Part shown: one piece after another, positions 37,925-48,230 of the stretch
Layout: each line of letters begins with the position of its first letter
Position numbering within the stretch: position 1 is the stretch's first letter
DNA from: Bacteriovoracaceae bacterium
GTDB lineage: Bacteria; Bdellovibrionota; Bacteriovoracia; Bacteriovoracales; Bacteriovoracaceae
DNA length: 64,000 nt
Reading direction: 5' to 3'
Assembly: GCA_048270185.1 (NCBI GenBank)
Contig: JBLWTJ010000002.1
Location: 352,001-416,000 of the forward strand
Notes under the pieces: model-generated
Database searches by the model: none
What the model was told of the DNA's origin: nothing
What the model saw: only the letters and a program-made list of their open reading frames with translations
Position numbers and translations under genes: made by a program

Positions 37925-38066
37925 GCAATCACTTCGTGATTGCGTTGCTCCTGAGACGAACCGTCGTGCATAAATGCACTCCTCTCGACCAGTTGCTTGC
38001 TCCTTTCGAGGGGAGCTAGCACCGCAAACAATAGACTGGCCTTAGCCAGTCAATTTTGCGGGTGCT
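37925..38066. other. Cluster of GC-rich hairpins in the rpsA 3' UTR
   Basis: Inverted repeats at 37925-37943, 37966-37979, 37999-38016 and 38018-38066. Confidence 0.7.
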
Positions 38067-39799
38067 TACTCGTCATTTCCTAAGTTGAAACCCTTAAGAA
38101 CATCACCAAGAGTTGCAGACTTAACTACATCTTGTTGCATTCCTTGAGTATCAGAGTTTAGAGCAGACTTGATAGAAAGAGCGATTTTCTTCGCATCTTT
38201 ATCAAGAGAGATAACCATAGCTTTAACTACGTCACCTTTCTTAACTACGTCTTCTGGCTTCTCAACTCTATCTTCAGAAAGTTCAGAGATATGAACTAGA
38301 CCTTCAATACCAGTTTCAAGTTCAACGAAAGCACCAAAGTCAGTTACTCTAACGATTTGAGCTTCAACAATTGTACCAACTGGAAGTCTTGTTTCAATTT
38401 TCTTCCATGGATCTTCTTTAAGTTGCTTAACACCTAGACAGAATTTTTGGTTTTCTTTATCAACTGAAACTACAGCAGCTTCAATCTCGTCACCAACTTT
38501 GTATTCGTCATTTAGGTTGATGTTCTTCTTAGTCCAAGAGAAATCAGATACGTGAATTAGAGCATCTACTTCTTCACCTAGGTCAACGAAGATACCAAAT
38601 TCAACGATTGATTTGATTTTTCCGTTAACTTTTGAACCAACAGGGAACTTAGCTTCTAGAGCATCCCATGGGTTTTCTTGAAGTTGCTTGATACCAAGAG
38701 AAATTCTCTTGTTTTCAACGTCAACTTCTAGAACTTGAGCTTCAACGATCTCACCAACTGTGAAGTGCTTAGTTGGGTTTTTGATTGAGTTAGTCCAAGA
38801 CATTTCAGAAACGTGGATTAGACCTTCGATTCCGTCATCAAGTTCAATGAAGATACCGTAATCTTTAACAGATACGATTTCACCTTTAACTTTAGTTCCT
38901 GCAACGTATTTCTCGTTAGCAGTTTCCCATGGATTATCTTGAACTTGCTTAAGACCAAGAGATACTCTTTCTTTTTCTTTATCAAACTTAAGAATCTTAA
39001 CTTCGATTTCGTCACCAAGAGTTAGGATATTAGATGGGTGCTTAACACGTCCCCATGACATATCAGTGATGTGTAGAAGACCGTCAATTCCACCTAGATC
39101 GATGAATGCACCGTAATCAGTGATGTTTTTAACGATACCTTTAACAACCATTCCTTCTTCAATTTGAGAAAGAACTTCACCACGTAGTTTACCTCTTTCT
39201 TCTGCAAGAATTGCTCTTCTTGAAAGAACGATGTTTCCACGTTTCTTGTTAAACTTGATAACTTTGAATTCCATCTTTTTACCGATGAATTTATCAAGGT
39301 TTCTAGTTGGTCTAACATCAATTTGTGAACCAGGTAAGAAAGCCTTAACACCGATATCAACAGAAAGACCACCCTTAACTTTTGCTACAACTGTACCAGT
39401 AACTGGAGTACCGTCTTCACATGCTTCAGAAATTTTATCCCAAGCTTTAAGGATTTGAGCTTTGTCCATTGAAAGAACAAGGTTACCCATGTGTGACTCA
39501 AGTTTATCAAGATAAACTTCAATTTCATCACCAAGTGCAACTTTTAGAGAACCATCGTAATTAGTGAATTCTCTTTTTGGAACAAGACCTTCTTGCTTGT
39601 ATCCAATGTCAACAAGTACGAAATCTGGTGAGATGTTTACAATTTTACCTTTGAAAACTTCACCTTCTGTAAATGTTGGAGTTTCTGTCGAATCTAATAG
39701 TTTCGAAAACTCTGTTTCATCTCTTGTCTCGATGTCTTCACCAAGTACAACTTCATAACCTTGCATCCAAGATTGTTTTAGATTGTTTAAATCTGTCAT
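38066..39799 (-). CDS. rpsA: 30S ribosomal protein S1
   Basis: Six S1 repeats (DIGYKQEG, AFLPGSQID, DGLLHITDMSW, EGLIHVSE, LIHVSD, EGLVHISE). Confidence 0.98.
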   Translation of the reverse strand: MTDLNNLKQSWMQGYEVVLGEDIETRDETEFSKLLDSTETPTFTEGEVFKGKIVNISPDFVLVDIGYKQEGLVPKREFTNYDGSLKVALGDEIEVYLDKLESHMGNLVLSMDKAQILKAWDKISEACEDGTPVTGTVVAKVKGGLSVDIGVKAFLPGSQIDVRPTRNLDKFIGKKMEFKVIKFNKKRGNIVLSRRAILAEERGKLRGEVLSQIEEGMVVKGIVKNITDYGAFIDLGGIDGLLHITDMSWGRVKHPSNILTLGDEIEVKILKFDKEKERVSLGLKQVQDNPWETANEKYVAGTKVKGEIVSVKDYGIFIELDDGIEGLIHVSEMSWTNSIKNPTKHFTVGEIVEAQVLEVDVENKRISLGIKQLQENPWDALEAKFPVGSKVNGKIKSIVEFGIFVDLGEEVDALIHVSDFSWTKKNINLNDEYKVGDEIEAAVVSVDKENQKFCLGVKQLKEDPWKKIETRLPVGTIVEAQIVRVTDFGAFVELETGIEGLVHISELSEDRVEKPEDVVKKGDVVKAMVISLDKDAKKIALSIKSALNSDTQGMQQDVVKSATLGDVLKGFNLGNDE

Positions 39800-39963
39800 A
39801 ATTTACCTCACGGTAGACAACTGAAAGTGTCCAATCAGTGCCTTAATTTTTGATATCTAAAGGCAAGGCCTTTAGTGTAAATCTCTTCTACTGAAGACAA
39901 TTTACTTTAAATGATTTTGCGAATCTTATGATTTTCGGGGCCCTATGTCAATCAAGTTTTTGT

Positions 39964-41109
39964 TTAATTATAGAACCTTAGGCGCTTGTTGAGGTGCTTT
40001 TCATAGAGTTTAAAGAGATTATATTTATAACCATCGATTCCATGCTCATTCCATAACTCATCGCGTGACCTTTCACATGAATTCTTATATTCACCTAAGT
40101 TCATCACAATATCCTTTACCTTAGCGCGTAACTCACGAGAATCACCTTGGCGGTAAGTCTCAAGTGCCCCTTGATAGATACGATGAAGCTCTTGGGTCGT
40201 AGCATTTCGAGGAACAGCAGTCGGAATCCCCTTTAAGATGGCCAAAAGTGCATAGTCTTCAATTGGCGACTTAGATGTATAAGAAATCCAAATATCAGAC
40301 TTCACCTCGTAAATATTATCTCTTTCATGAAATTCAACATGATTTTCCAACTTATATTCGGCCACTCGATCTTGAATCGGCTGGTATAAAATATTTCGTT
40401 CCCACTTACGATTTGAAAAAATATGTAACTTAAATCTCTTGGACATAGATGAGTCGAGATTTAGGGCCCACAGAGACTCGAGACAAACAGTTAAATCATC
40501 CAACTCAACTTCATGATCATTCACCCAACATGAAAGATGAATGACTTCCTCCTCATCGAAAGTGAACTTCTTTTCAAAGCCAATTTTTTGAACCCCAAGT
40601 CCAGAAGAATAAATCTTTCGAATTGGAACATCCATGTGGGTGTTAATTGATTCAATCATTTCTCTAAATGGTATAAAGATCAGATCAATTCTTCTAATCA
40701 ATGGACGATACCAAAATTGTTTATAGAATTTAGTTACTTCAAAATTTATCGTAAAAAAGAGTGCCGTTAGATTTCTTTTCCTAAGATATGAAGCTAGCGG
40801 CCAAAGAAAGTTCAATTGGTAACAGTGAACAATATTAATGTCATATCTTTTAATAATACTCTTAAGTTTTCCAAGCTTATACCAGTTCCAAACTCGAAGC
40901 TTTGTCGTACCAGTATGAAAGATACAATCAATACCCACTTTCTTACACTCACGATGAAGAAAAGAATCTTTTAAGCAATAAATGAAAATATTATGACCGA
41001 TTTCTTTTAATAATAAACAATCTCTCAAAAGCATACGTTCTCTTGAACCTGAACTATAGGTTGGAGAAACATAGAGAATATTTTGTTGCTTCCTAAAGAG
41101 ATTAACCAT
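39964..41109 (-). CDS. Divergent GT-B glycosyltransferase (family 4-like)
   Basis: NILYV.....G.RE, GH.I, DINIVH, A...G.P patterns; in LPS cluster. Confidence 0.55.
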   Translation of the reverse strand: MVNLFRKQQNILYVSPTYSSGSRERMLLRDCLLLKEIGHNIFIYCLKDSFLHRECKKVGIDCIFHTGTTKLRVWNWYKLGKLKSIIKRYDINIVHCYQLNFLWPLASYLRKRNLTALFFTINFEVTKFYKQFWYRPLIRRIDLIFIPFREMIESINTHMDVPIRKIYSSGLGVQKIGFEKKFTFDEEEVIHLSCWVNDHEVELDDLTVCLESLWALNLDSSMSKRFKLHIFSNRKWERNILYQPIQDRVAEYKLENHVEFHERDNIYEVKSDIWISYTSKSPIEDYALLAILKGIPTAVPRNATTQELHRIYQGALETYRQGDSRELRAKVKDIVMNLGEYKNSCERSRDELWNEHGIDGYKYNLFKLYEKHLNKRLRFYN

Positions 41110-41111
41110 AA

Positions 41112-42173
41112 TTACTTCTGTGCAGACTTCCCTGGGTTATGATGGATTAACTCACCTTTAACACTTCCGATTTTAACTTTAGCAGCAAACTTTAATAGAG
41201 TTCTAGACTCATCAGTTGAGACCCAAAAGTTAATATCACCTGACTTCTTTAGGACACCAGGAAATTCTGTTTGCGCTGTAATCTTATAAGCTTGATAGAC
41301 AGTATTCATTAATTCAACTTCTTCAATTTCATCAACGCTGGCCTTAAGTAACCAAACTTTCCCTCGTGTGATAATTGGAAATTCGAAGTTTGCCCCAACT
41401 TTAATAGGGAGACCTCTCAAGAAATAAAGCGCTGAAAAAGAATCAGTAAAATACTTTGGAATAAAGTCATCTTTCTTAATCTTCTTTGTTTTGCCTTTCT
41501 TGATGCGGTTGTAGAAGAAGTAAGTCTTTAATTCATCATGATCAAATAGTTGAAGATCATCAACGATCTGTCCTGACTCTCTTTGTTTCATTTCATATTT
41601 TAAAGAAGAGTATTCACCATCATCTGCTTTTACATAAACATCAAGAGAGTCTTTAAGTTTATATATTCCTTCAAAATATTCGGCCGACTCTAAAAGTGCA
41701 TTGATATGAAGGACTTCTTTATCACCAATTTTTGCCATTGGCTGAGTACTAATTGTCGCAGTACCTGCTTTAAAAATAGACCAACTAACTTCGTAGCGGA
41801 ATTCTTCACCAATATTATAAACAGGCTTATAGCTATCCCAAAGACGCTTTGCCTCTTTATCGAAGGCCAAGAACTCCTTTGGATAATCCTCTAGTGTTTG
41901 AGGATCAATTTTCTTTACTTCCTTCTTCTTTTCAACTTTCTTAGTCTTTGGTTCAACCTTAGATACTTTCTGCTCGACGACAATCGTCTCTTTTTTCACT
42001 GGATCTGGAGACACTTCTGTTGTCTTGAATTTATCGAGAGTTTCAGCTTCTTCCTTACTAAATATCTCGACAAGATCCTTATCATCACTATCACTCTTCA
42101 TAAGAGTTCCAGCACAACTAACAAAGAGGGCAGAAATTAAAATATATAAGTAGAGAGATTTTTTATTCTTCAC
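41112..42173 (-). CDS. Lipoprotein with DUF3108-like domain
   Basis: Lipobox FVSC; GE...Y.VSW...AG, D.FSALYFLR, W.S.D patterns; start trimmed to GTG. Confidence 0.7.
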   Translation of the reverse strand: MKNKKSLYLYILISALFVSCAGTLMKSDSDDKDLVEIFSKEEAETLDKFKTTEVSPDPVKKETIVVEQKVSKVEPKTKKVEKKKEVKKIDPQTLEDYPKEFLAFDKEAKRLWDSYKPVYNIGEEFRYEVSWSIFKAGTATISTQPMAKIGDKEVLHINALLESAEYFEGIYKLKDSLDVYVKADDGEYSSLKYEMKQRESGQIVDDLQLFDHDELKTYFFYNRIKKGKTKKIKKDDFIPKYFTDSFSALYFLRGLPIKVGANFEFPIITRGKVWLLKASVDEIEEVELMNTVYQAYKITAQTEFPGVLKKSGDINFWVSTDESRTLLKFAAKVKIGSVKGELIHHNPGKSAQK

Positions 42174-43248
42174 GATTTCCCCTAACAACTGATTTAATTT
42201 TATCTTTCACAAGTTCTTCGCCTTTTAAGAATTCAATACCAATCTGTAGGTAATGAATACAGTCACTACTTGAACACCTCTTCATTTTAACAATATCTTT
42301 TTCAGTTGTTAGAATGATGGCATCCTTTTCTTGTGCAAGCTCAACCAAACCTTCTAACTCACTGACTTTATATAGGTGGTGATCAGGAAAATTAAAATCA
42401 TCAACTATATTGGCATTTAATTGTTTTACTAATTTAATAAATGCTTCTGGCGAAGCAAGTCCTGAGACACAAATAACATTCTTGCCATTTAGCTCCTCAA
42501 GTTTAATATCTTCTTCATGTAAGAGATTTTTAATTGCACTAGGAGCATACTTAAATTGGCCTGTTGGAGTATTTGGACGACAATGAGATGAAATAAACTC
42601 TTCTAACTCGACAAGATCATCTTTTGCAACAAGATCAGCTCGTCCAAAAAGAACGATATCAGCTTCTTTTAAAGCACTCACACCTTCTCTCAAGTAACCT
42701 CGAGGTGGACAGTGATACTTCGATAGTGGAAGGAGTGAATCAAAAAGTACAACATTTAGATTTCTTTGAATTTTTAAATGCTGAAAACCGTCATCCAACA
42801 AAACAACATCTGACTTTTCTTCTTCATAGTAGCGTCTTAAATTGTCACTTCTATCTGCTCCAACAACAACACTTGCATTCTTTAGATTACGACTTAGTAC
42901 TAGAGCTTCATCGCCAAAGACGAAAGGATTTTCACTTATTTTTTTACCCGTTCTTATAACACCACTAGATTTTTCAAGTTCACCTTTATAACCACGAGTA
43001 AGAACCATCACTTTCTTCTTTAATTCATCGTTTAAAAGATTACCAATCCAAAGAGTGAAAGGAGTTTTACCTGTACCTCCAAGTGAAAGGTTACCAATAC
43101 TAATAATAGGTACTTCAAAGCGAGAGGATTTAAAAACTCCCATTTTAAAAGCAAAGCGGCGAAGGCGATATATCCACTCCCATAAAAAGCTCACAGGAGT
43201 AAGTGCAATTGAAATAAAATTGATAAGTTTTATATTTAAACTATTCAT
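42163..43248 (-). CDS. lpxK: Tetraacyldisaccharide 4'-kinase
   Basis: GNLSLGGTGKTP, RGY, GDEA, LDDGFQH, FPDHH, TTEKD. Confidence 0.96.
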   Translation of the reverse strand: MNSLNIKLINFISIALTPVSFLWEWIYRLRRFAFKMGVFKSSRFEVPIISIGNLSLGGTGKTPFTLWIGNLLNDELKKKVMVLTRGYKGELEKSSGVIRTGKKISENPFVFGDEALVLSRNLKNASVVVGADRSDNLRRYYEEEKSDVVLLDDGFQHLKIQRNLNVVLFDSLLPLSKYHCPPRGYLREGVSALKEADIVLFGRADLVAKDDLVELEEFISSHCRPNTPTGQFKYAPSAIKNLLHEEDIKLEELNGKNVICVSGLASPEAFIKLVKQLNANIVDDFNFPDHHLYKVSELEGLVELAQEKDAIILTTEKDIVKMKRCSSSDCIHYLQIGIEFLKGEELVKDKIKSVVRGNREE

Positions 43249-44371
43249 AAGCTTCTTTAATTTTCTCTAATAAGTAAGAAGATACTTCAATATCTTCTCC
43301 CTCAGTCAACTTTCTTAATTTTTCTAATTCGTTTAAAACAAGCTCATAACGATTTGAATCGTTAAAAAGATCCTTTGCTTTACGTGTTAAATTATAATTA
43401 CTAAAGCCTTCTCCTAATAACTCTGGATAGACTTCATGACCTAATATTAAATTTGGAATTGAAACAAAACCAGTGTATTTGACGATAGTCTCTGCAATAA
43501 ATTTATTAAAGAGATTTAGATCATAGGCGATCACACTTGGAACTTGATATAGGGCCAAAGAAAGGTTCACTGTACCACTTGTTGCAAATGAAAAGTCAGC
43601 CTCTTTTAATGCCTTATCTAATTGATCATCATTATATATCTTGTCAAACTTACTCTCATACTTAGAAAAGAGCTCTTGATCAACTGAACTCGACTTTACA
43701 ATAGTAAGATCAAAGTCATAATTCTGCCTTAGAGTTTCACAAGATTTTAAAAACTCAGGCAACATGAATTCAATCTCAAAGCGACGACTCCCTGGAAGCA
43801 ATAAGAGATTAAAGCGTTCATTCTTAAAATCAACTTTCCTTCTTTTAAATCCTTCAAGTAGTGGCTTAGTCTTTTTAAGAAGAGGATGCTCTATTGTTAT
43901 GGCCTTAGAGACTCCACGGTCCATAAACCATTTTTTTTCAAAAGGCAGAATACAAAAGAGCGTATCAACAGATTGCTGTAAATACTTTGTTCTCCACTCT
44001 TTCCAAACCCAAGCTTGAGGGGCCACGTAGTAGAGGACCTTTACACCAAGCTTTTCAAGTTTCATCGCAAGCTTAAGATTAAAAGTTTGAAAATCAATTA
44101 AAATTGCAACTTTTGTCTCTCTCTTAATGACCTCGTTAACGATATACTTATAAGCTTTATAATAATAAGGAACCTTCTTAACTGCTTCAGTTATTCCCCA
44201 AGTTGAAAAATCCTTTAAATTATAAAGAAGCTCAACTCCCGCCTCTTCCATAAGCTTGCCCCCTACTCCATAAAATTGAGTATCGGGAGCCTCTTTAGTA
44301 AGAGTCTCAAGGAAAGTCATTGCATGTTCTTCACCAGATTTTTCACCAGCGATGATTAGACAACTTTTCAA
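43241..44371 (-). CDS. lpxB: Lipid-A-disaccharide synthase
   Basis: AGE.SG, YYVAPQ.W.W, ILPFE, LLPGSR, SGT. Confidence 0.94.
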   Translation of the reverse strand: MKSCLIIAGEKSGEEHAMTFLETLTKEAPDTQFYGVGGKLMEEAGVELLYNLKDFSTWGITEAVKKVPYYYKAYKYIVNEVIKRETKVAILIDFQTFNLKLAMKLEKLGVKVLYYVAPQAWVWKEWRTKYLQQSVDTLFCILPFEKKWFMDRGVSKAITIEHPLLKKTKPLLEGFKRRKVDFKNERFNLLLLPGSRRFEIEFMLPEFLKSCETLRQNYDFDLTIVKSSSVDQELFSKYESKFDKIYNDDQLDKALKEADFSFATSGTVNLSLALYQVPSVIAYDLNLFNKFIAETIVKYTGFVSIPNLILGHEVYPELLGEGFSNYNLTRKAKDLFNDSNRYELVLNELEKLRKLTEGEDIEVSSYLLEKIKEAYE

Positions 44372-45315
44372 TTAAGAACTACCTCTTTATTATCATTTAA
44401 CGATTTATTAACTGCTTCAATTAATTCCATTGCTGCAATTCCGTCATCAATCGAAACAAATACTTCTGTGTCATTTAAAATTGATCGATAGAACTTATCT
44501 TGCTCAATTAATAAGTGATCTCTTTTTTCATATTCAAATTCATTAATAACCTGTTCTTCACCGGCTTTAATATCTTTTGAAAAAGATGCTTTATTATTTA
44601 GAAGATCAACACGAAGAATTCCACTCTTTGAGTTCACTTGTACACTTCTTTCAGTTTTTACGTCATTACGTGAGTTTTCAATAGTCACGAGGTGATTACC
44701 ATAATTAAGTATGGCCTTAACATGATCAAATTTATCAGTAAGAATTTTCATCCCGAAAGCTTGAATTGTCTTCGGACGGCCAAATAACATGAGGGCCAGG
44801 TCAAGATCGTGAATCATTAAGTCTTCGACGACACCAACATCTGCCGCTCTTCCTTTGAAAGGAGAATTACGAACAATAGTTGCAACTGATGATTCTTTAA
44901 CAATGGCATCAAATTCACCAAGTCTTTCCCAAACCTGATGGCATCTTTCACTGTGTCCTACCTGTAGCTTTACATTCTTTGCTTCAGCAATTTCTTTTAA
45001 CTTCTTTGCTTCCTCAACTGTAACTGTTACTGGTTTTTCACAAAAGACATGTTTTGAGTTCTCTAATAAGTACTTAGCAATCTCAAAGTGATAACTCGTT
45101 GGCGTCGCAATAACGGCAGCCTCAATCTCATCAATGACATCTTTAATATCAGAGACAATCTTCACATTAGGAAATTTCTCTCGTGCTTTTTCTTGATTCG
45201 GGGCAAATGGTTCGACAATAGCAATTAATTCACTACTTTCAAGGCCAGCTGCCTTTTGAGCATGCCACTGACCAAGGTGACCAAAACCAATTGAAGCGAC
45301 TTTCACTTTATTCAT
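44368..45315 (-). CDS. Gfo/Idh/MocA oxidoreductase, probable GnnA (UDP-GlcNAc 3-dehydrogenase)
   Basis: G.GHLG.WH, CEKP, QVGH.ER, DLMIHDLD; lies between lpxA and lpxB. Confidence 0.8.
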   Translation of the reverse strand: MNKVKVASIGFGHLGQWHAQKAAGLESSELIAIVEPFAPNQEKAREKFPNVKIVSDIKDVIDEIEAAVIATPTSYHFEIAKYLLENSKHVFCEKPVTVTVEEAKKLKEIAEAKNVKLQVGHSERCHQVWERLGEFDAIVKESSVATIVRNSPFKGRAADVGVVEDLMIHDLDLALMLFGRPKTIQAFGMKILTDKFDHVKAILNYGNHLVTIENSRNDVKTERSVQVNSKSGILRVDLLNNKASFSKDIKAGEEQVINEFEYEKRDHLLIEQDKFYRSILNDTEVFVSIDDGIAAMELIEAVNKSLNDNKEVVLN

Positions 45316-45327
45316 AATAATACCTTA

Positions 45328-46122
45328 TTAACTTAAGAAAGGTGCAATCCCCATCTTTGTCGTCGTAATATGTTCTTTAATTTGTTTGATGATTTCATTA
45401 TTAGCGTATGGCTCCATTAGCTCATCTGTTTCAACAAATGTGCGTGGAGAATATGTCGAAGCTTCCATATCTCTAAAGAAATCAACAATTTCAGAAATTG
45501 CATTTCTCTCAACGCCTGCTCGACGAAGACCAATAATATTGATTCCACGAAGCTTTGCGCGATTCCCGTAAGCAGTACAGTAAAGTGGAATATCTTTATC
45601 GATTGCCGAAGCACCACCAATATATGCACCCTCAGCAATTTTTACGAATTGAGAAATATTTGTTCCACCACCGATGATTACTTTATTTCCAACTTTTACG
45701 TGACCAGCAAGGTTTGTTGAGTTTGCCATAATAACACGGTCACCAACAACAACATCATGCCCTAAGTGTACCTTGGCCATCAGTAGACAATTACTTCCAA
45801 GAGACGTCTTTTGACGATCCTTCATTGTTCCTCTGTGAATTGAAACATATTCACGAAGAACATTATCATTACCTATTTCAACTTCTGTTGCATCATCCTT
45901 ATATGTAAGATCCTGTGGTTCTTCACCAATTGAACAAAATTGATAAATTTTATTATTATTTCCAATTCTTGTTATACCGTTGATGATAACGTGATTTCGA
46001 ATATCACAATCTTTTCCAATTTTTACATTTGGGCCGATAATACAGTATGCTCCAACTGTTGTTCCTTCACCAATTTCTGCTGATTCGTGAATAATTGCTG
46101 TTGGGTGAAATCTATCGCTCAT
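45328..46122 (-). CDS. lpxA: UDP-GlcNAc acyltransferase
   Basis: HPTAII, PQDL, REYV.IHRGT, H.GHD, LAGHV, N.IGLRR. Confidence 0.95.
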   Translation of the reverse strand: MSDRFHPTAIIHESAEIGEGTTVGAYCIIGPNVKIGKDCDIRNHVIINGITRIGNNNKIYQFCSIGEEPQDLTYKDDATEVEIGNDNVLREYVSIHRGTMKDRQKTSLGSNCLLMAKVHLGHDVVVGDRVIMANSTNLAGHVKVGNKVIIGGGTNISQFVKIAEGAYIGGASAIDKDIPLYCTAYGNRAKLRGINIIGLRRAGVERNAISEIVDFFRDMEASTYSPRTFVETDELMEPYANNEIIKQIKEHITTTKMGIAPFLS

Positions 46123-46133
46123 AGAAACTCCTT

Positions 46134-46610
46134 CTATTCCTTAACTTTGAAAGTTGCTAATACCTGACACTGACTCATTAACTCGCCTTCGTGAAAGATT
46201 TTGCAGTCATTTTGTAGAAACCCTGTACGCATTTTTGTACACACAGTTTCAACTTCTAACTTCATATTTGGGTAAACAGGCTTTCTAAACTTTGCGCCTT
46301 CAATAGATAATAGCGCAACTTCGAACTCACCTTCTTCTAAATTTTTGTAATAAAGCTTTAACTGAAATGAAGTAAACTGTGCCATCATTTCAACCTGAAC
46401 AACACCAGGTAGAATTGGATTACCAGGGAAGTGACCTGCAAAGATCGGGTGATCCTCACGAGTAGTATAAGTTCCCTTTACAACAGCTCCTACAAGATCT
46501 GTTATCTTTTCAATTTCACCTTGAGCTTCAACACTTGTAATCTCATCCACGAATAAAAATGGCTCGCGGTGAGGTAGAATATTCATTACTTCTTCTTTAT
46601 TTAATTTCAT
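46134..46610 (-). CDS. fabZ: 3-hydroxyacyl-ACP dehydratase
   Basis: LPHR.PFL.VD, GHFP..P..PGV...E. Confidence 0.95.
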   Translation of the reverse strand: MKLNKEEVMNILPHREPFLFVDEITSVEAQGEIEKITDLVGAVVKGTYTTREDHPIFAGHFPGNPILPGVVQVEMMAQFTSFQLKLYYKNLEEGEFEVALLSIEGAKFRKPVYPNMKLEVETVCTKMRTGFLQNDCKIFHEGELMSQCQVLATFKVKE

Positions 46611-46622
46611 AAAACCTTCCGT

Positions 46623-47639
46623 TTATATATTCTTTCTTAAAAAAGCTATTCCTCTTAAAAATTCGCGCATCGGTCTTGCAGGATACCCTCCCACAATTTC
46701 CTTAGGCTTTACATTACCAATTACAATTGACCCTCCAGAAACCTGAGCGGCCATACCAACATCTAAATTGTCAGCAACTGCAGATTTTCCACCGAGAACT
46801 GCATAGTCACCAATTTTAGTACTTCCTCCAAGGGCTACATGACCACAAAGGATAACTCCATTTCCAATTTGAACGTTATGAGCAACTTGAACTAAGTTAT
46901 CGATCTTGACTCCATTACCAATACGGGTTGGACTAAAAGTACCTTGATCAACACAAGTGTTGGCACCAATTTCAACATCGTTTCCAATTTCAACACCACC
47001 AAAGTGCCAAATTTTATGATGAACACCCTGATGAAAGTTATAACCAAAGCCGTCACTTCCGATTGATGTTCCACTATGAATTCGACAATTATTTCCAATC
47101 GACGTTCCAGGATTAATTGTTACATTTGCATAAATGGTACATGACTCACCAATTGATACATTTGGCATAATCACACAGCCAGGCATGATAATGCAGTCTG
47201 CAGCGATCTTTACATTTTCACCAATGAATACATTTTCAGCAATTCTTACTGATGGGTGAATTTCCACAAGACCACTTTTGCGGCCATCTAATTCGTAACT
47301 TAGTTCTGCAAAGATTTCATCATAGAAAATCTTTGAAGCTTTTGTAATAGAAATTGGGATGTTCTTTGAACTTAAAATTGCCTTAGAATTTTTCTTAAGC
47401 TCATCTAAGTCTGTTTCTTCTAATTCATTTAATAGGGACTCTCCAAGAACTAGAGCGATACTAGAAGGAGCACCTGCTTCTTTATATTTTGTTAGAAACT
47501 TCTTAGAGCCTAAGAATAGTAATTCTTCTTCATTAATTTCTTCAATTGAAGCGATACTTTTTAGTTTAAGATCTGAACTACCTTCAACTAATGTAAGATC
47601 ACTATCATTTTCAACAATATTTTTAATTAGAATGGACAT
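46623..47639 (-). CDS. lpxD: UDP-3-O-acylglucosamine N-acyltransferase
   Basis: [25 protein letters not shown]; hexapeptide repeats. Confidence 0.95.
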   Translation of the reverse strand: MSILIKNIVENDSDLTLVEGSSDLKLKSIASIEEINEEELLFLGSKKFLTKYKEAGAPSSIALVLGESLLNELEETDLDELKKNSKAILSSKNIPISITKASKIFYDEIFAELSYELDGRKSGLVEIHPSVRIAENVFIGENVKIAADCIIMPGCVIMPNVSIGESCTIYANVTINPGTSIGNNCRIHSGTSIGSDGFGYNFHQGVHHKIWHFGGVEIGNDVEIGANTCVDQGTFSPTRIGNGVKIDNLVQVAHNVQIGNGVILCGHVALGGSTKIGDYAVLGGKSAVADNLDVGMAAQVSGGSIVIGNVKPKEIVGGYPARPMREFLRGIAFLRKNI

Positions 47640-47663
47640 TTTCAGACCCTCCTTTAAAACGAC

Positions 47664-47689
47664 AAAAGGGAATACTAGTGTATTCCCTT
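47664..47689 (-). terminator. Probable intrinsic terminator after skp
   Basis: AAGGGAATAC-tagt-GTATTCCCTT with a short U-tract on the minus strand. Confidence 0.7.
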
Positions 47690-47713
47690 CGCGAGTCTAT
47701 TTTATCAAACTAA

Positions 47714-48214
47714 TTACTTATGTTTTTTGTTGTATGCCTTAATAACATCAGTTGTAATATCTGTTACTTTATTGATGTATAGAATTGGCGTTGTTGAAGT
47801 TTCATAAGTCCAGTCAAGGCCTTTACTCTTTGATACTTCTTCTACAACTGCTTTAATCTTATTTAAGATAGGACCTTTAGCTGATTGTTCCATCTTTGCA
47901 AGTTCACCTTGGTATTTTTGCATTTTCTGTTGGAAGCCAAAGAACTTCTTTTGTAGTTCTTGTCCTTTTTGCTGTTTAGTCTTCTCATTCATTACCATTG
48001 CTTGTTTTTCAAATTTTTCTTTTTCTTTAACAAGCGCTTCTTCTTCTTTCTTCAGTTCTGCTTGCTTCTTATCAATTTCTTTTTGAAGCTTATCTTTAAC
48101 TTTCTTAGATTCATTTACTTCTAAAAGAACCTTTTGAACGTCAACACGACCAATTGTCATGGCAGATGCAGTTAATGAAGAAAATAATAAACCAATCAGT
48201 AATAAATTTTTCAT
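47714..48214 (-). CDS. skp: Periplasmic chaperone Skp/OmpH
   Basis: Signal peptide, IG.VD, coiled coil, DIT..VI; between bamA and lpxD. Confidence 0.92.
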   Translation of the reverse strand: MKNLLLIGLLFSSLTASAMTIGRVDVQKVLLEVNESKKVKDKLQKEIDKKQAELKKEEEALVKEKEKFEKQAMVMNEKTKQQKGQELQKKFFGFQQKMQKYQGELAKMEQSAKGPILNKIKAVVEEVSKSKGLDWTYETSTTPILYINKVTDITTDVIKAYNKKHK

Positions 48215-48230
48215 ATCGTCTCCTTACGAA

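Noticed and set aside
37925..38066. Possible tRNA or tRNA remnant
   Set aside because: No TTCGA T-loop in a correct stem, no D-arm or acceptor-stem geometry found on either strand.
39800..39960. Autoregulatory rpsA leader structure
   Set aside because: Only weak hairpins (TGCCTT...AAGGCA) and an ordinary GAGGT SD; cannot support a specific element.
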